From positions 1,504,001 to 1,568,000 of the forward strand of contig CAWGMQ010000004.1 of assembly GCA_963823665.1 (NCBI GenBank): a DNA stretch of 64,000 nucleotides, written 5' to 3'. The notes under the pieces are model-generated. The model saw only the letters and a list, made by a program, of their open reading frames with translations. It did no database searches and was not told where the DNA came from. This DNA is from an uncultured Planctomycetota bacterium (GTDB lineage Bacteria > Planctomycetota > Planctomycetia > Isosphaerales > Isosphaeraceae). The translations under genes were made by a program, and so were the position numbers. This document shows, in pieces, positions 1 through 10,800 of this stretch (positions within the stretch are counted from its first letter, which is position 1; every line of letters starts with the position of its first letter).

Positions 1-102
1 GAAGGTAGCGAAGGTAACGAAGAAGAGAGAGGCGGGGGCGAGAGGCGGTCGTGGATAGGAGAGGGCTGAAGTTCTGGCGGTAGGGACTTGAATTCTCATG
101 GT

Positions 103-128
103 TAGACGTTCAGTATGTTGAACGTCTA
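103..128. promoter_or_regulatory. Perfect inverted repeat TAGACGTTCA-N6-TGAACGTCTA, putative repressor operator upstream of the VOC gene
   Basis: 10-bp arms at 103-112 and 119-128, about 100 bp upstream of ATG 229. Confidence 0.5.
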
Positions 129-228
129 TCCAGTAACGCCGTGAAACTTCGTTCGAGGTTTCCGGCGAACTGATCGTTGTCTGTTCTGCCAGGCATTTCT
201 TCGAGCTTTTCGCGATCTGGGAGGCAGT

Positions 229-696
229 ATGAGTGTCAAAGCGCAGCCCGACGGGTATCACACGGTGACGCCGTACCTGGTGGCGAAGGATGCTGCCGGG
301 GCCATCGAGTTCTACAAGAAGGTCTTCGGGGCACAGGAGCTGTTTCGGCTGTGTGGCCCGGAGGGGAAAGTGGGGCATGCCGAGCTGAAGATCGGCGATT
401 CGGTGGTGATGCTGGCCGACGAGAATCCCGGCATGGGGTTTCTGAGCCCAACAACGCTGGGCGGCACGACCGTGAGCACGCTGATGTACGTCGAGAAAGT
501 CGATGAGGTCGTATCGCGGGCCCTCGCGGCCGGGGCCAAGCTCGTGCGTCCGGTGGCGGATCAATTCTATGGCGATCGAGCGGGTGGGATCGAAGATCCT
601 TATGGGCACTACTGGCACGTGGCCACGCACATCGAGGACGTTTCGCCCGAAGAGATGAAGCGGCGATCGGAGGCGCTGTTCTCGAAGAAGGGGTGA
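229..696 (+). CDS. VOC/glyoxalase family protein (PhnB-like)
   Basis: Motifs TVTPYL, AIEFYKKVFGA, HAELKIGDS..MLADE, DQFYGDR.G.IEDPYGH.W; SD GGAGG at 220-224. Confidence 0.9.
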   Translation: MSVKAQPDGYHTVTPYLVAKDAAGAIEFYKKVFGAQELFRLCGPEGKVGHAELKIGDSVVMLADENPGMGFLSPTTLGGTTVSTLMYVEKVDEVVSRALAAGAKLVRPVADQFYGDRAGGIEDPYGHYWHVATHIEDVSPEEMKRRSEALFSKKG

Positions 697-731
697 GGAC
701 GCGATCGAAACGCGCGGGCAAGGGGCGCGAA

Positions 732-829
732 TGGCGATCGCGTGAGCCCTTGCTGGCGCGGCGGGTTGGTGTGGGGAACGATTGGCGATCGCGTGGACCC
801 TTGCTGGCGCGGCGGGTTGGTGTGGGGAA
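732..829. repeat. Two tandem ~47-bp REP-like units (period 51 bp), core CCCTTGCTGGCGCGGCGGGTTGGTGTGGGGAA
   Basis: Copies start at 732 and 783 and are nearly identical; intergenic. Confidence 0.75.
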
Positions 830-853
830 GCGCTCGACTGACGTGGGGATCGG

Positions 854-1003
854 CTAGGAGCGTGTCTGCGAATTGCGATCGTGTGCGGGAAGCCCCTCAC
901 CCCGGCCTTCTCCCAGCGGGAGAGGGAGCGATTGGTCGTTACGTTGGATTCCCGAGCAAGTGTTGGATCGTGCGGCGCGGCGGATTCGCAGACATGCTCC
1001 TAG
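854..1003. mobile_element. MITE-like element: 16-bp terminal inverted repeats flanked by CTAG, with an internal CCCCTCACCCC..CTCCC..GGGAGAGGG hairpin
   Basis: CTAG(854-857)-GAGCGTGTCTGCGAAT(858-873) ... ATTCGCAGACATGCTC(984-999)-CTAG(1000-1003), 1 mismatch; no transposase. Confidence 0.7.
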
Positions 1004-1152
1004 GGGTCTCCGAATTTCTCGTGGGGTCGCGACGCTGAAGAAAATGTTGCGCGGAATTGTGTAAGATTCGATTTTGTGATGCGTATCCAGGTGTGAATAT
1101 CGCACGTGCGCCTCGGTCGAGCGTGCGGGCGAGTCTACTTGGAGCATCATAC

Positions 1153-4100
1153 ATGCATGCTTGCCCCAGCTCCGAGGAGCTGCAGAACTTCCTGGACCAA
1201 GGGTTTGGCGCCGATTACATCGCGCGGATCCTGGCGCATGTTGAAGACTGCTATCTGTGCCAACAAGCGCTGGAGCGATTGACGGTCGGCATCTCTGCCA
1301 TCGAGGATGGCCTTGTTCCGGCGGCGTTGTCGTCCGAATTTGACGCCACGATTGACCTGGCTGGGACCGAGATTGTCGGCCAAGGCGATCAGCCACCGCC
1401 CGCGAATCTGAACGGCTTTGGACCGCTCGGTGCACAGACCGATGTGTGTGAACCGGCGGGCGAAATCGGTGAGAACACCGAGCCCGATCCGAGCCTGGCG
1501 ACCGGCCCAGGCTTCGAGGGCGTTTACTCAGGTCGAACAGTAACGGCCGTTGGTGCGCCCGAGTCTACCGCGGACGGGCCCGAGACCGATGGCTCGAAGA
1601 GCCGCGAGCCTGATCCCCGCGCGCATGGCCAAACACGAAATCCTTCGGACTGGCCAATCATCCCGGGTTATGAAATCCTCGGCGCGCTCGGTGAAGGCGG
1701 AATGGGGGTTGTCTACAAGGCGAACCACCTGGAGCTGAAGCGCCATGTGGCCTTGAAGATGATTCGTGGCGGCAGCCAGCCGCGGGCGAATCTGCTTGCT
1801 CGTTTTCGCACCGAGGCCGAAGCAGTCGCGCGGCTCCGGCATCCCAACGTTCTGCAGATCTACAATATCGGAGAAGCCGGTGGTCTGCCGTTCCTTGCCC
1901 TGGAATTGCTCGAGGGGGGGAGTCTGGGCGATAGTCTGGCGGGCGAGCCTCAACCCGCGCGACAGGCGGCGGAGCTGGCGATGACACTGGCCAGGGCCGT
2001 TCACGTCGCTCACCAAGCGGGTATCGTCCACCGTGACTTGAAGCCGTCAAATGTGCTTTACACGTTCGGCGGCGTGCCCAAGATTACCGATTTCGGCCTG
2101 GCCAAGCTGATCGATTCCGACGACGGGCATACCGAGAGCGGCCAGGTCATGGGCTCGCCCAGCTACATGGCACCTGAGCAGGCAAGGGGGCATTCGCGGA
2201 ACGTCGGACCGGCGGCGGACGTTTATGCGCTCGGTGCGATCCTGTACGAGATGCTCACCGGACGACCGCCCTTCAAGGGCGAGACACCCATGGAGACGAT
2301 GCGCCAGGTCGTCGACCTTGACCCGGTGGCTCCCTCGCAGCTTGTGCCGCGGGTTCCGCGCGACCTCGAAACGATCACCCTCAAGTGCTTGAGTAAAGAA
2401 CCGGCCCGGCGCTACTCGTCGGCCCAGGCCCTTGCCGATGACCTGTATCGATACCTCCACGGCCAGGTGATCCAGGCCCGTCCGACCCCGGCGTGGGAGC
2501 GCGCCGCCAAGTGGTCGCGCCGCCACAAGCTCGCCGCCGCCTCGCTGGTTGCAGGCATAATGCTCGTCACTGGCGGGATCGTCTTCGCATTTGCCTACCA
2601 GCGTCACTTGAACCTGCTGGCGCTGCGCGAGACGAACGCCGCTTTTGCCGACGAGATTACCGGCAACGGGCTGATCGACGGCTCGCGCAATCTCACTTCG
2701 CACGGTGATCTGACGCGCGCCAAGATCGAACTCGCCGGTTTTCAGCGAAAAATCTTGGAGAATACCAGGCTTAAAGGCCTGAGTGGCCGCCTCGACGCGG
2801 CGATCAAATCCGTCGACGCGAAGCTCGCCGAGCGCGAAGCGCGAGACAAGCGGCTCGGCGTCGAACGGGACCAGCGCGATCGACTCGCGAAATTCCGCGA
2901 GCTGCGAAAAGAGTCCAACGTCCACGGCATCCAGCTCACGGGGCTGGACCTTGCGACCAGTCAGGACCGGCTGCGCCGCGCAGCACGTGCAGCCCTCGCC
3001 CTTTACGCCGCGCCGAAATCAGGCGATTTCTGGGCGCTCGATGTGCGGTCGGCGGGCCTTTCCCAATCGGATCAGGCGGAGGTTGAGGAAGGCTGCTACG
3101 GCCTGCTGCTTTCGCTCTCTGACGTCGAGCAGACTCCGGAAGAGGGTCTGCGCAGGCTCGACGAAGCCGCTCGACTGCGGCCGAAATCAACGACGGCGTA
3201 TCATCTGCTGCGGGCCGCTTGCCTTGCCCGCGCGCGACGAAACGACGAGGCTCGGCGCGAGCGGGAATCGGCCGAACGAACGCCGCTGGGCACGGCGGAC
3301 GACCACTACCTGGTCGGGCGCGAGAGCTACAATCGCGGCGACGATAGGAACGCCATTCGCTCGTTCTACGCCGTGTTACAGTTCCAGCCCGATCATTTCT
3401 GGGCCCGATGCTTCTGGTCGGTGTGCTGCTTGCAGCTAGAGCAGTTCTCCGACGCCAAGACCGGCCTCACAGCGTGCCTCGACAGGGAGCCTCATCAGGC
3501 GTGGCTGTTCGTGCTGCGCGGTTTCTCGTCGTATCAGCTCGGCCTCCGCGCCCAGACACGGTTGGAGCGGTCGCCGCCGCTCGAGTGGCCAATGCTTCGC
3601 AGCGAGGCAGATATTCAGCTCGACGCAGCAGCAGCGGACTATGCCCGTGCCTTCAAGCTTATCGAGGATGACGCTCGAGACGAACTGCGATACCCCTTGC
3701 TCGTGAACCGGGGTCTGCTCGAGCTCGAGCGCGAAGACTTCGCCCGGGCGGAGGCCGACCTTCGCGCGGCGATCGATCTGGATGCGCGCCGGCTGGAGGC
3801 ATTGCTCGCCCTGACGCAGGTTTATTTGAAACAAGCCAAGCCCGGCGCCGCGCTCGAGGAGCTGAGCCGGGCGATCTCACTCGATCCCCTGCGCTCGGCG
3901 CTTTATCGCGGACGAGCTGACGTCGAGCTCACTCGCCAGAATCTCACCGATGCGCAGCGGTCAAGTGCGTTGCGGGACCTCCAGAAGAGCATCTCCCTCG
4001 AGCGGCCGGGCAGCCGCGATCTGGCCGCCGACCATGCCAAGGTCGCCCGGCTGCTGGCGCTTGAGCATCGCGATGCCGATGCCCTGGCGGCCTGCAATTC

Positions 4101-4851
4101 CGCGATCGGGATTGCAGGCGACCTGGAAGACGCGCATCGGCTGCGGATCGATCTCCTGCTCAGACTGAAGCAATATGCCGACGTCGATGTCGCGAGATTC
4201 GAAGAAGTCGACGACTCGTGCAGCGCGCTCATCGCGCAAGGAGGGCCCTCGTCGACTCTCTACGAGGTTCGCGCGCTGGCCCGTTCCGAGCTCAAGTATT
4301 TCCCCGGCGCCATCAGCGACCTGACGTTCGCGATTGCCTCACGGCCCGAGCATGCACCTCTTCTTTGCCAAAGAGGTTGGCTCTACTTCCTCGTCGACGC
4401 ACCCCGGCTGGCCATTCACGATTTCGACGCGGCGATCGACCTCGACCGGACTTGTGCCGAGGCGTACAACGGTCGAGGGGCCGCTCGTGTGCGCTTCCTC
4501 GAGTATCGCGAAGCGATCGAGGATGCGCGGACGGCTCTCTCGCTGGGCACGCCTGCTTCCAGACTCTACTACGATGCCGCCAGAGTCTACGCCCTCGCCG
4601 CCGATGCGGTCGCCGCCGAGGCCCGCAAGATGGGTGGCGAGAGCCCGAGGCTTAAAGCGCAGTACCAGGACCGCGCGGCGGGGCTTCTGCGTTTGGCGCT
4701 CAAGCAGATGCCCTCCACCCAGCGCGCCGAGTTCGTGCGCCGTGTGATCGAGCAAGATCCTTCGCTCAGGCCGCTACGTCGCCAGATCCGTTTCCAGGAG
4801 ATCTGGAGCCCCTCTGCGAGTAGCGCTTCCTCAGGCTCGCCGGCACCGTAG
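1153..4851 (+). CDS. Membrane Ser/Thr protein kinase with N-terminal Zn-finger (anti-sigma-like) and C-terminal TPR array
   Basis: ATG 1153 with GGAG SD; CP..EL..FL...HVEDCYLC (HxxxCxxC); GEGGMGVVY, VALK, HRDLKPSN, DFG, APE; TM AAASLVAGIMLVTGGIVFAFAY; many TPR-like helices. Confidence 0.92.
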   Translation: MHACPSSEELQNFLDQGFGADYIARILAHVEDCYLCQQALERLTVGISAIEDGLVPAALSSEFDATIDLAGTEIVGQGDQPPPANLNGFGPLGAQTDVCEPAGEIGENTEPDPSLATGPGFEGVYSGRTVTAVGAPESTADGPETDGSKSREPDPRAHGQTRNPSDWPIIPGYEILGALGEGGMGVVYKANHLELKRHVALKMIRGGSQPRANLLARFRTEAEAVARLRHPNVLQIYNIGEAGGLPFLALELLEGGSLGDSLAGEPQPARQAAELAMTLARAVHVAHQAGIVHRDLKPSNVLYTFGGVPKITDFGLAKLIDSDDGHTESGQVMGSPSYMAPEQARGHSRNVGPAADVYALGAILYEMLTGRPPFKGETPMETMRQVVDLDPVAPSQLVPRVPRDLETITLKCLSKEPARRYSSAQALADDLYRYLHGQVIQARPTPAWERAAKWSRRHKLAAASLVAGIMLVTGGIVFAFAYQRHLNLLALRETNAAFADEITGNGLIDGSRNLTSHGDLTRAKIELAGFQRKILENTRLKGLSGRLDAAIKSVDAKLAEREARDKRLGVERDQRDRLAKFRELRKESNVHGIQLTGLDLATSQDRLRRAARAALALYAAPKSGDFWALDVRSAGLSQSDQAEVEEGCYGLLLSLSDVEQTPEEGLRRLDEAARLRPKSTTAYHLLRAACLARARRNDEARRERESAERTPLGTADDHYLVGRESYNRGDDRNAIRSFYAVLQFQPDHFWARCFWSVCCLQLEQFSDAKTGLTACLDREPHQAWLFVLRGFSSYQLGLRAQTRLERSPPLEWPMLRSEADIQLDAAAADYARAFKLIEDDARDELRYPLLVNRGLLELEREDFARAEADLRAAIDLDARRLEALLALTQVYLKQAKPGAALEELSRAISLDPLRSALYRGRADVELTRQNLTDAQRSSALRDLQKSISLERPGSRDLAADHAKVARLLALEHRDADALAACNSAIGIAGDLEDAHRLRIDLLLRLKQYADVDVARFEEVDDSCSALIAQGGPSSTLYEVRALARSELKYFPGAISDLTFAIASRPEHAPLLCQRGWLYFLVDAPRLAIHDFDAAIDLDRTCAEAYNGRGAARVRFLEYREAIEDARTALSLGTPASRLYYDAARVYALAADAVAAEARKMGGESPRLKAQYQDRAAGLLRLALKQMPSTQRAEFVRRVIEQDPSLRPLRRQIRFQEIWSPSASSASSGSPAP

Positions 4852-4876
4852 GCGGGAATCACCTTCGCGTCAGTGA

Positions 4877-7800
4877 TTGAATCCAGCTCGATCGCCTTGT
4901 TCTTGGACCCGAGATCATGATACTTCACGGCCCCGCAGCCCACGCCCGTTTCCGTTGCCCGCCGCGTCGTCGGCAACAGCGCGTCGCGTCGTCTACCGCG
5001 CTTTCTCGGGAGTGAGTTTCCGGTTCCGTCCCCGGGTCGAAGTGGTGGAAGACCGAACCCTGTTGTCGACGTTTCTAGTGGACACGACTGCTGACAGCGG
5101 TGCTGGCTCACTAAGGCAAGCGATCCTGGATTCCGATGCTCTGACGGGTGACACGAACACGATCGATTTTGCCATTCCTGGGCAGGGCGTGCAGACGATC
5201 GCGCCGATTTCTCCCTTGCCGGCGATCACGAATGCCGTGCTGATCGATGGGTTTTCGCAGCCAGGTTATGCGGGCACACCGATCATCGAGCTGAGCGGGA
5301 GCCAGCAGGACGGTGGCGATGGCCTGACGATTACTGGCCCGAGCGTGACCGTGCGCGGCCTGGACATTAATGGCTTCTCTCAGGGCGCCGGCATTCACAT
5401 TACGGGGACTGCCGCGACCGGCAACTGGGTCTATGGCGTTTTCGCGGGGATTGATCCAACAGGCACGCAGTCGGACCCGAATTACGCCGGGGTCGCCATC
5501 GACGGCGGTGCCAGTAACAACCTCGTCGGGACCAACGGCGATGGCGTGAGCGATGCGGCGGAGCGGAACGTGCTCAGCGGTAATTTGTTCACGGCCGTCT
5601 CGATCAGCGGGCAGGGCACGGATGGCGACGCTGTCGCGGGCAACTACCTTGGCACAGACATTTCGGGGTCCGTTGCTCTGAACGACGCCACAACGCCGCT
5701 GGTTGACTCACAGGGGAATTACTTCGGCGGCGGGGTGGCGATTTCCGGGGGTGCTTCGGACAACCGGATCGGCACCGACGGCGCGAGCGTTGACGATGCG
5801 GGCGAGCGCAACGTGATCGCGGGGAGTAACAATGATGCGATTGACATCTGGGGCGGTGGAACCGATGGCAACATCGTTGCGGGGAACTTCATCGGGACCG
5901 ACGTGACCGGGACTCGTGCGTTAGGTATCGCCGGGGATGGTGTCTTCCTGGCCGAGGGGGCGTCGTTCAACTGGATCGGGGTGAATCCGAATGGCGGGAC
6001 GGCGGTCGGTGATGAAGGAAACCTGTTATCCGGCAACGGATATGATGGCGTTCAGATCGCCTCCGTGGGGACGGACGACAACGTCGTCGCTGGTAACCGG
6101 ATCGGGACAGATTTGACGGGGACAACTGCCGTCGCCAACGGCGGGCAGGGTGTCGAGGTCGACGGAGGAAGCGTGGATAACACGATCGGCGGATCGGTTT
6201 TGGCTTCCGGCAACCTCGTCTCGGGCAACCATGCCAACGGTGTCTGGATCACCGGCGACGGCGCGACTGGCAACCTTATCCAGGGAAATCGGATCGGAAC
6301 AGTTGTGACAGGGACCCTCGCCCTGGGCAACGCTTATTGGGGCGTGTTTCTTCAAGACGCTGCGTACAACACGGTGGGTGGTGCGACTGGCGGCGCGGGG
6401 AATCTCATCTCGGGAAACGATCAGGGAGGCGTGGCGATTCGTGGCATCGACGCCGTCGGCGACGTCGTCCAGGGGAACCTGATCGGCACCGACGTCACCG
6501 GGACAAAGGGCTTTGGCAATGTTTACAGCGGCGTGTACATCGGTGACTGGGGAAACTACGGCGACGCAGCCTCCGAGGCCACGATCGGCGGGACCGCCGC
6601 CGGGGCGGGCAACGTCATTTCGTCCAACGGGAACTGGGGTGTCTGGATCACCGGATTTGGGACCACCGGGGTCGTCGTGCAGGGGAACATGATCGGCACG
6701 GATGTTACCGGGACGGTCGCGCTGGGCAACTCCAATGACGGCGTTCAAATCGACAATGGGGCCTCGGGAAATACGATTGGCGGCGCCACCGCCGCGTCGG
6801 GAAACGTCATTTCGGGCAATTATCAGGATGGTGTCGTCATCACCGGCCTGGGGACTGATGAAAACCAAGTAGCGGGGAACGACGTTGGCACCGACCGGAC
6901 CGGCGCCGCGATCGTTTCCAATGATGGGCCTGGAATCGACGTCGCGGCGGGGGCGACCAACAACACCATCGGCGGGTCCAACGCTGGCGCGGGAAACCTG
7001 ATCACCGACAACAGCGGACCGGGCGTTGACGTGACTGACACCTCCGTCGGCAACCAGATTGCCGCCAACCGCATCTTCGACAATGCGGGAGAGGCCATCG
7101 ACCTTGGAAATGACGGAGTCACGTACAACTCGCCGTCCCCACGGCAAGGTCCGAATAACCTCCAGAACTTTCCGGTCGTCGTCGCCACTGCCGACGGCCG
7201 GTTCCTGGGCTGGCTGGGCGGGAGCACGCCCGACGCAACCTTTCGAATCGAGTTCTTTGCCAGCACATCGTACGGACCGGGGGGCTCGGGTGCGGCCCAG
7301 GACTATTTGGGCTCGATGGAGGTGACGACCGACGCGACGGGAGAGGTGAATTTCGCCGTTCCGTTCGCGGCGCCTGCCGGCCTGCCGGTCATGACGGCCA
7401 CGGCCACCGATCCAGAGGGCAACACATCCGAGGTCTCGTCACCGCTTTCAGGCGGCATCCAGGCCGGGCTGGAAACCGTCGGCCTGGCGCCCGGTCAGGA
7501 ATCGCTGGCTTTCTCCCCGGCCTCGGGCGATGGCATCGACTTGCAGGACGCGAGCGCTGGGGCGTCCGAGCCGACGTGGGAGCTATCGCTCCTGGTCTCG
7601 ACTGGTACGCTGACGCTAGCGAGCACCGCCGGCCTAGTTGGGTCGGGCGATGAGACGGGATCGCTCCTCTACGCCGGCACGCACTCGGCGCTCAATGCCG
7701 CCCTCGACGGAATGGCCTACGCGCCGCCGGCGAGCTTTCAGGGCAATGCCACGCTGAGCGTGGAGGCCGAGTTCGATGGCATAGCCCTACTCGCGGGCCA

Positions 7801-10800
7801 GGTCGTCGTCACGACAAGGTCGTTTATTGTGACCACAACAGCCGACAGCGGCCCCGGATCGCTGCGGCAAGCGATCCTCGATTCCAACATCGCAACCGGG
7901 GGAAGCAACACGATTGACTTTGCCATCCCGGGCACGGGCGTCCAAACGATCGCGGTCAACTCGCCTCTGCCCTCGAACACGACGCCGGTGCTCATTGACG
8001 GGACGACTCAGCCGGGTTTTGTCGGCACGCCGCTTATCGAACTGAGCGGCGGGCCGGCCGGCGGGCCGGCGGAACTGACCATCGCGGGTTCCGACGCGAT
8101 TTCCATTCGCGGTTTGGTGATCGATCAATTTGCCTTCGACCCGACCGCCGACGAAGTCTTGGTCGCACAGGTCCATCCGCAGGGCATGACGACCGAACTG
8201 TCGCTGCTCGACTCGCAAGGCCAGGTGCTCGTCAACAGCGCTGGCCTGTCGCCGAGCGATCCGGATGACGTAGTCGCTCAGCAGCTCGTGAGTGGGTCGT
8301 ACTTCCTGAAGGTCGAAAGCACCGGCGGCGCGGGCACCTATACGTTGACGACGACGGTGGCGCCGACCACCGCCGCGTTTCAGCCGGCGGCGCCCTTATT
8401 AGTTCAATCGACCGCGATCGTGGCCGGGGACTTCAACGGTGACGGCCACCTGGACCTGGCGGTCACAGATGGGGCTTCGACCAACTTCATGACCGGCGAT
8501 GTCTCGATCTTGATGGGGAATGGCGACGGGACGTTCCAGCCCGAGGTCACGTACGCCGTCGGGGTGAATCCAACCTCCATCGTGGCGGGGGACTTCAACG
8601 GCGATGGCCACCTCGACCTCGCGGTGGCCTACGCGGGCGGTCAATTTTGGTGGGGGAATGTCCCGAGTGGCGTCTCCGTGCTGCTGGGAAACGGCGATGG
8701 CACATTCCAGCCACAGGTGACCTACGCAGTGGGGTCGGATCCAGACTCGATCGTGGCGGGGGACTTTAACGGTGACGGACGGCTTGATCTCGCCGTCGCC
8801 AACGGTGGCTCGAACACCGTGTCGCTGTTGGTGGGCAACGGCGACGGCACGTTCCAGCCTCAGGTCACTTACGCCGTCGGCTCGGATCCAGACGGGCTCG
8901 TGGCCGGGAATTTCAGCGGCGACGGACAGACCGACCTGGCAGTCGCCAACTTCGGCTCCGACGATGTCTCCGTCCTGATGGGCAACGGCAACGGCACGTT
9001 CCAGCCGCCGGTCACCTACGCGGCCGGAGCCGGGCCCGACGGGATCGTGGCGGCGGATTTCACGGGCGACGGACGCCTCGACCTGGCCGTGGCCGACGAG
9101 GGGAATGTGCAAGCGGGAGTGACCGACCCAGGGGGCGTGATTGTGCTGCTCGGCAACGGCAACGGCACGTTCCAGCCCCGGGTCAGCTACGCGGCCGGGA
9201 CAGAACCAGCCGCGATTGTTGCTGGGGATTTCAAGGGCGACGGACGGACCGACCTGGCGGTCGCAAACATTGCCTCCGGCGATGTCTCCGTTCTCCTGGG
9301 CAACGGCGACGGCACGTTTCAGCCCCAGGTCACTTACGCCGCAGGAGATCGCCCGTCCGCCGTCGTTGTGGGGGATTTTAACGGTGACGGCAACCTCGAT
9401 CTGGCAGTCCCCTTGAACTTCGGCATTTCGATCCTTCTGGGCAAGGGCGACGGCTCCTTCCAAACACAGTCCGACACGCAGAACGCGGTCGGGCTGCATG
9501 CGGCCGGCATCACGTCAGGGGACTTCACCGGAGATCACCGCCTGGACCTCGCCGTCGCCGGCGAAAGCTCCAACGACATTTCCATCCTCCTGGGAAATGG
9601 CGACGGCACGTTCCAGCCCGCGGTGCAGTATCCGGTCGGGTCGGATCCAGTGGGCATCGTGGCGGGCGACTTTAATGGGGACGGACGGACTGACCTGGCC
9701 GTCGCCGACCTCGGCTCTAACGAAGTCTCCATCCTCCTGGGCAACGGCGATGGTACCTTCCAGCCTCAGGTTACGTACGCGGTGGGATCGGGTGCGAACT
9801 TCATCGTGGATGGCGACTTCATGGGCAATGGCCGCCTCGACCTGGCTGTCGACAACGAATACGATGACACCGTATCGGTGCTCCTTGGGAACGGTGACGG
9901 AACCTTCCGGTCCCGGATTAGTTATCAGGTGGGATCAGAACCAACAGACCTCGTGGCGGGCGACTTCACAGGCAACGGCCGCACGGATCTGGCCGTGGCG
10001 GGCTACAAGTATAACTACACGACCTCTACCTTTCTTGGCGAGGTTTCGGTGCTCGTGAGCAACGCCGACGGGACCTTCGAGCCCGCGGTTGAGTACCCAG
10101 TGGGAGATTTTCCAGAGTCCATCGTAGCGGGGGACTTCACCAGCAACGGTCGTCTCGACCTATCCGTCAGTGACGAAGATGGCATTCAGATGCTGCTCGG
10201 CAATGGTGACGGCACGTTCCAGCCTGTGAAAACAGTCGCGGGAAATGTTCTTGGGCCGTTGGTGCCGGGCGATTTCAATGACGACGGGCGACTGGATCTG
10301 GCCTACCTCGACACCTACACCGGCGAAATCTTGATGTTTCCTGGTAACGGTGACGGCACGTTCCGACCCGCGGTCCAGTCTGCATTGGAGGCGTCCGTGG
10401 TTGGCCAGGTCGTGGCGGGGGACTTCAACGGCGATGGCAAGCTCGACCTGGCGCAAATTAGCGTCGAAAGCGATAGCGACAACGTCTCCGTCCGTTTGGG
10501 CAACGGCGACGGCACGTTCGTAGACGCCGGCCAGTCCGACACGACCCCGCACGCCACGCCGTTGGTGGCTGACGTCAACGGCGACGGCACTGACGATGTC
10601 CTGGTTGTCGATGGGTCCGGCGATATCCTTTACCGCCAGGGCATTCCCGGTCAGCCCGGGACGTTCGAGCCCCCCGTCACGGTCAATCCGGGTAACCCCT
10701 CGCGCGACATCGCGTGGCTGCCGGACACCGATCAAGGGCCGATGCTCGCCAGCGTCGACGCCCATGACGCTAACGTATCGCTCTACGCCTATCGCGTTGG

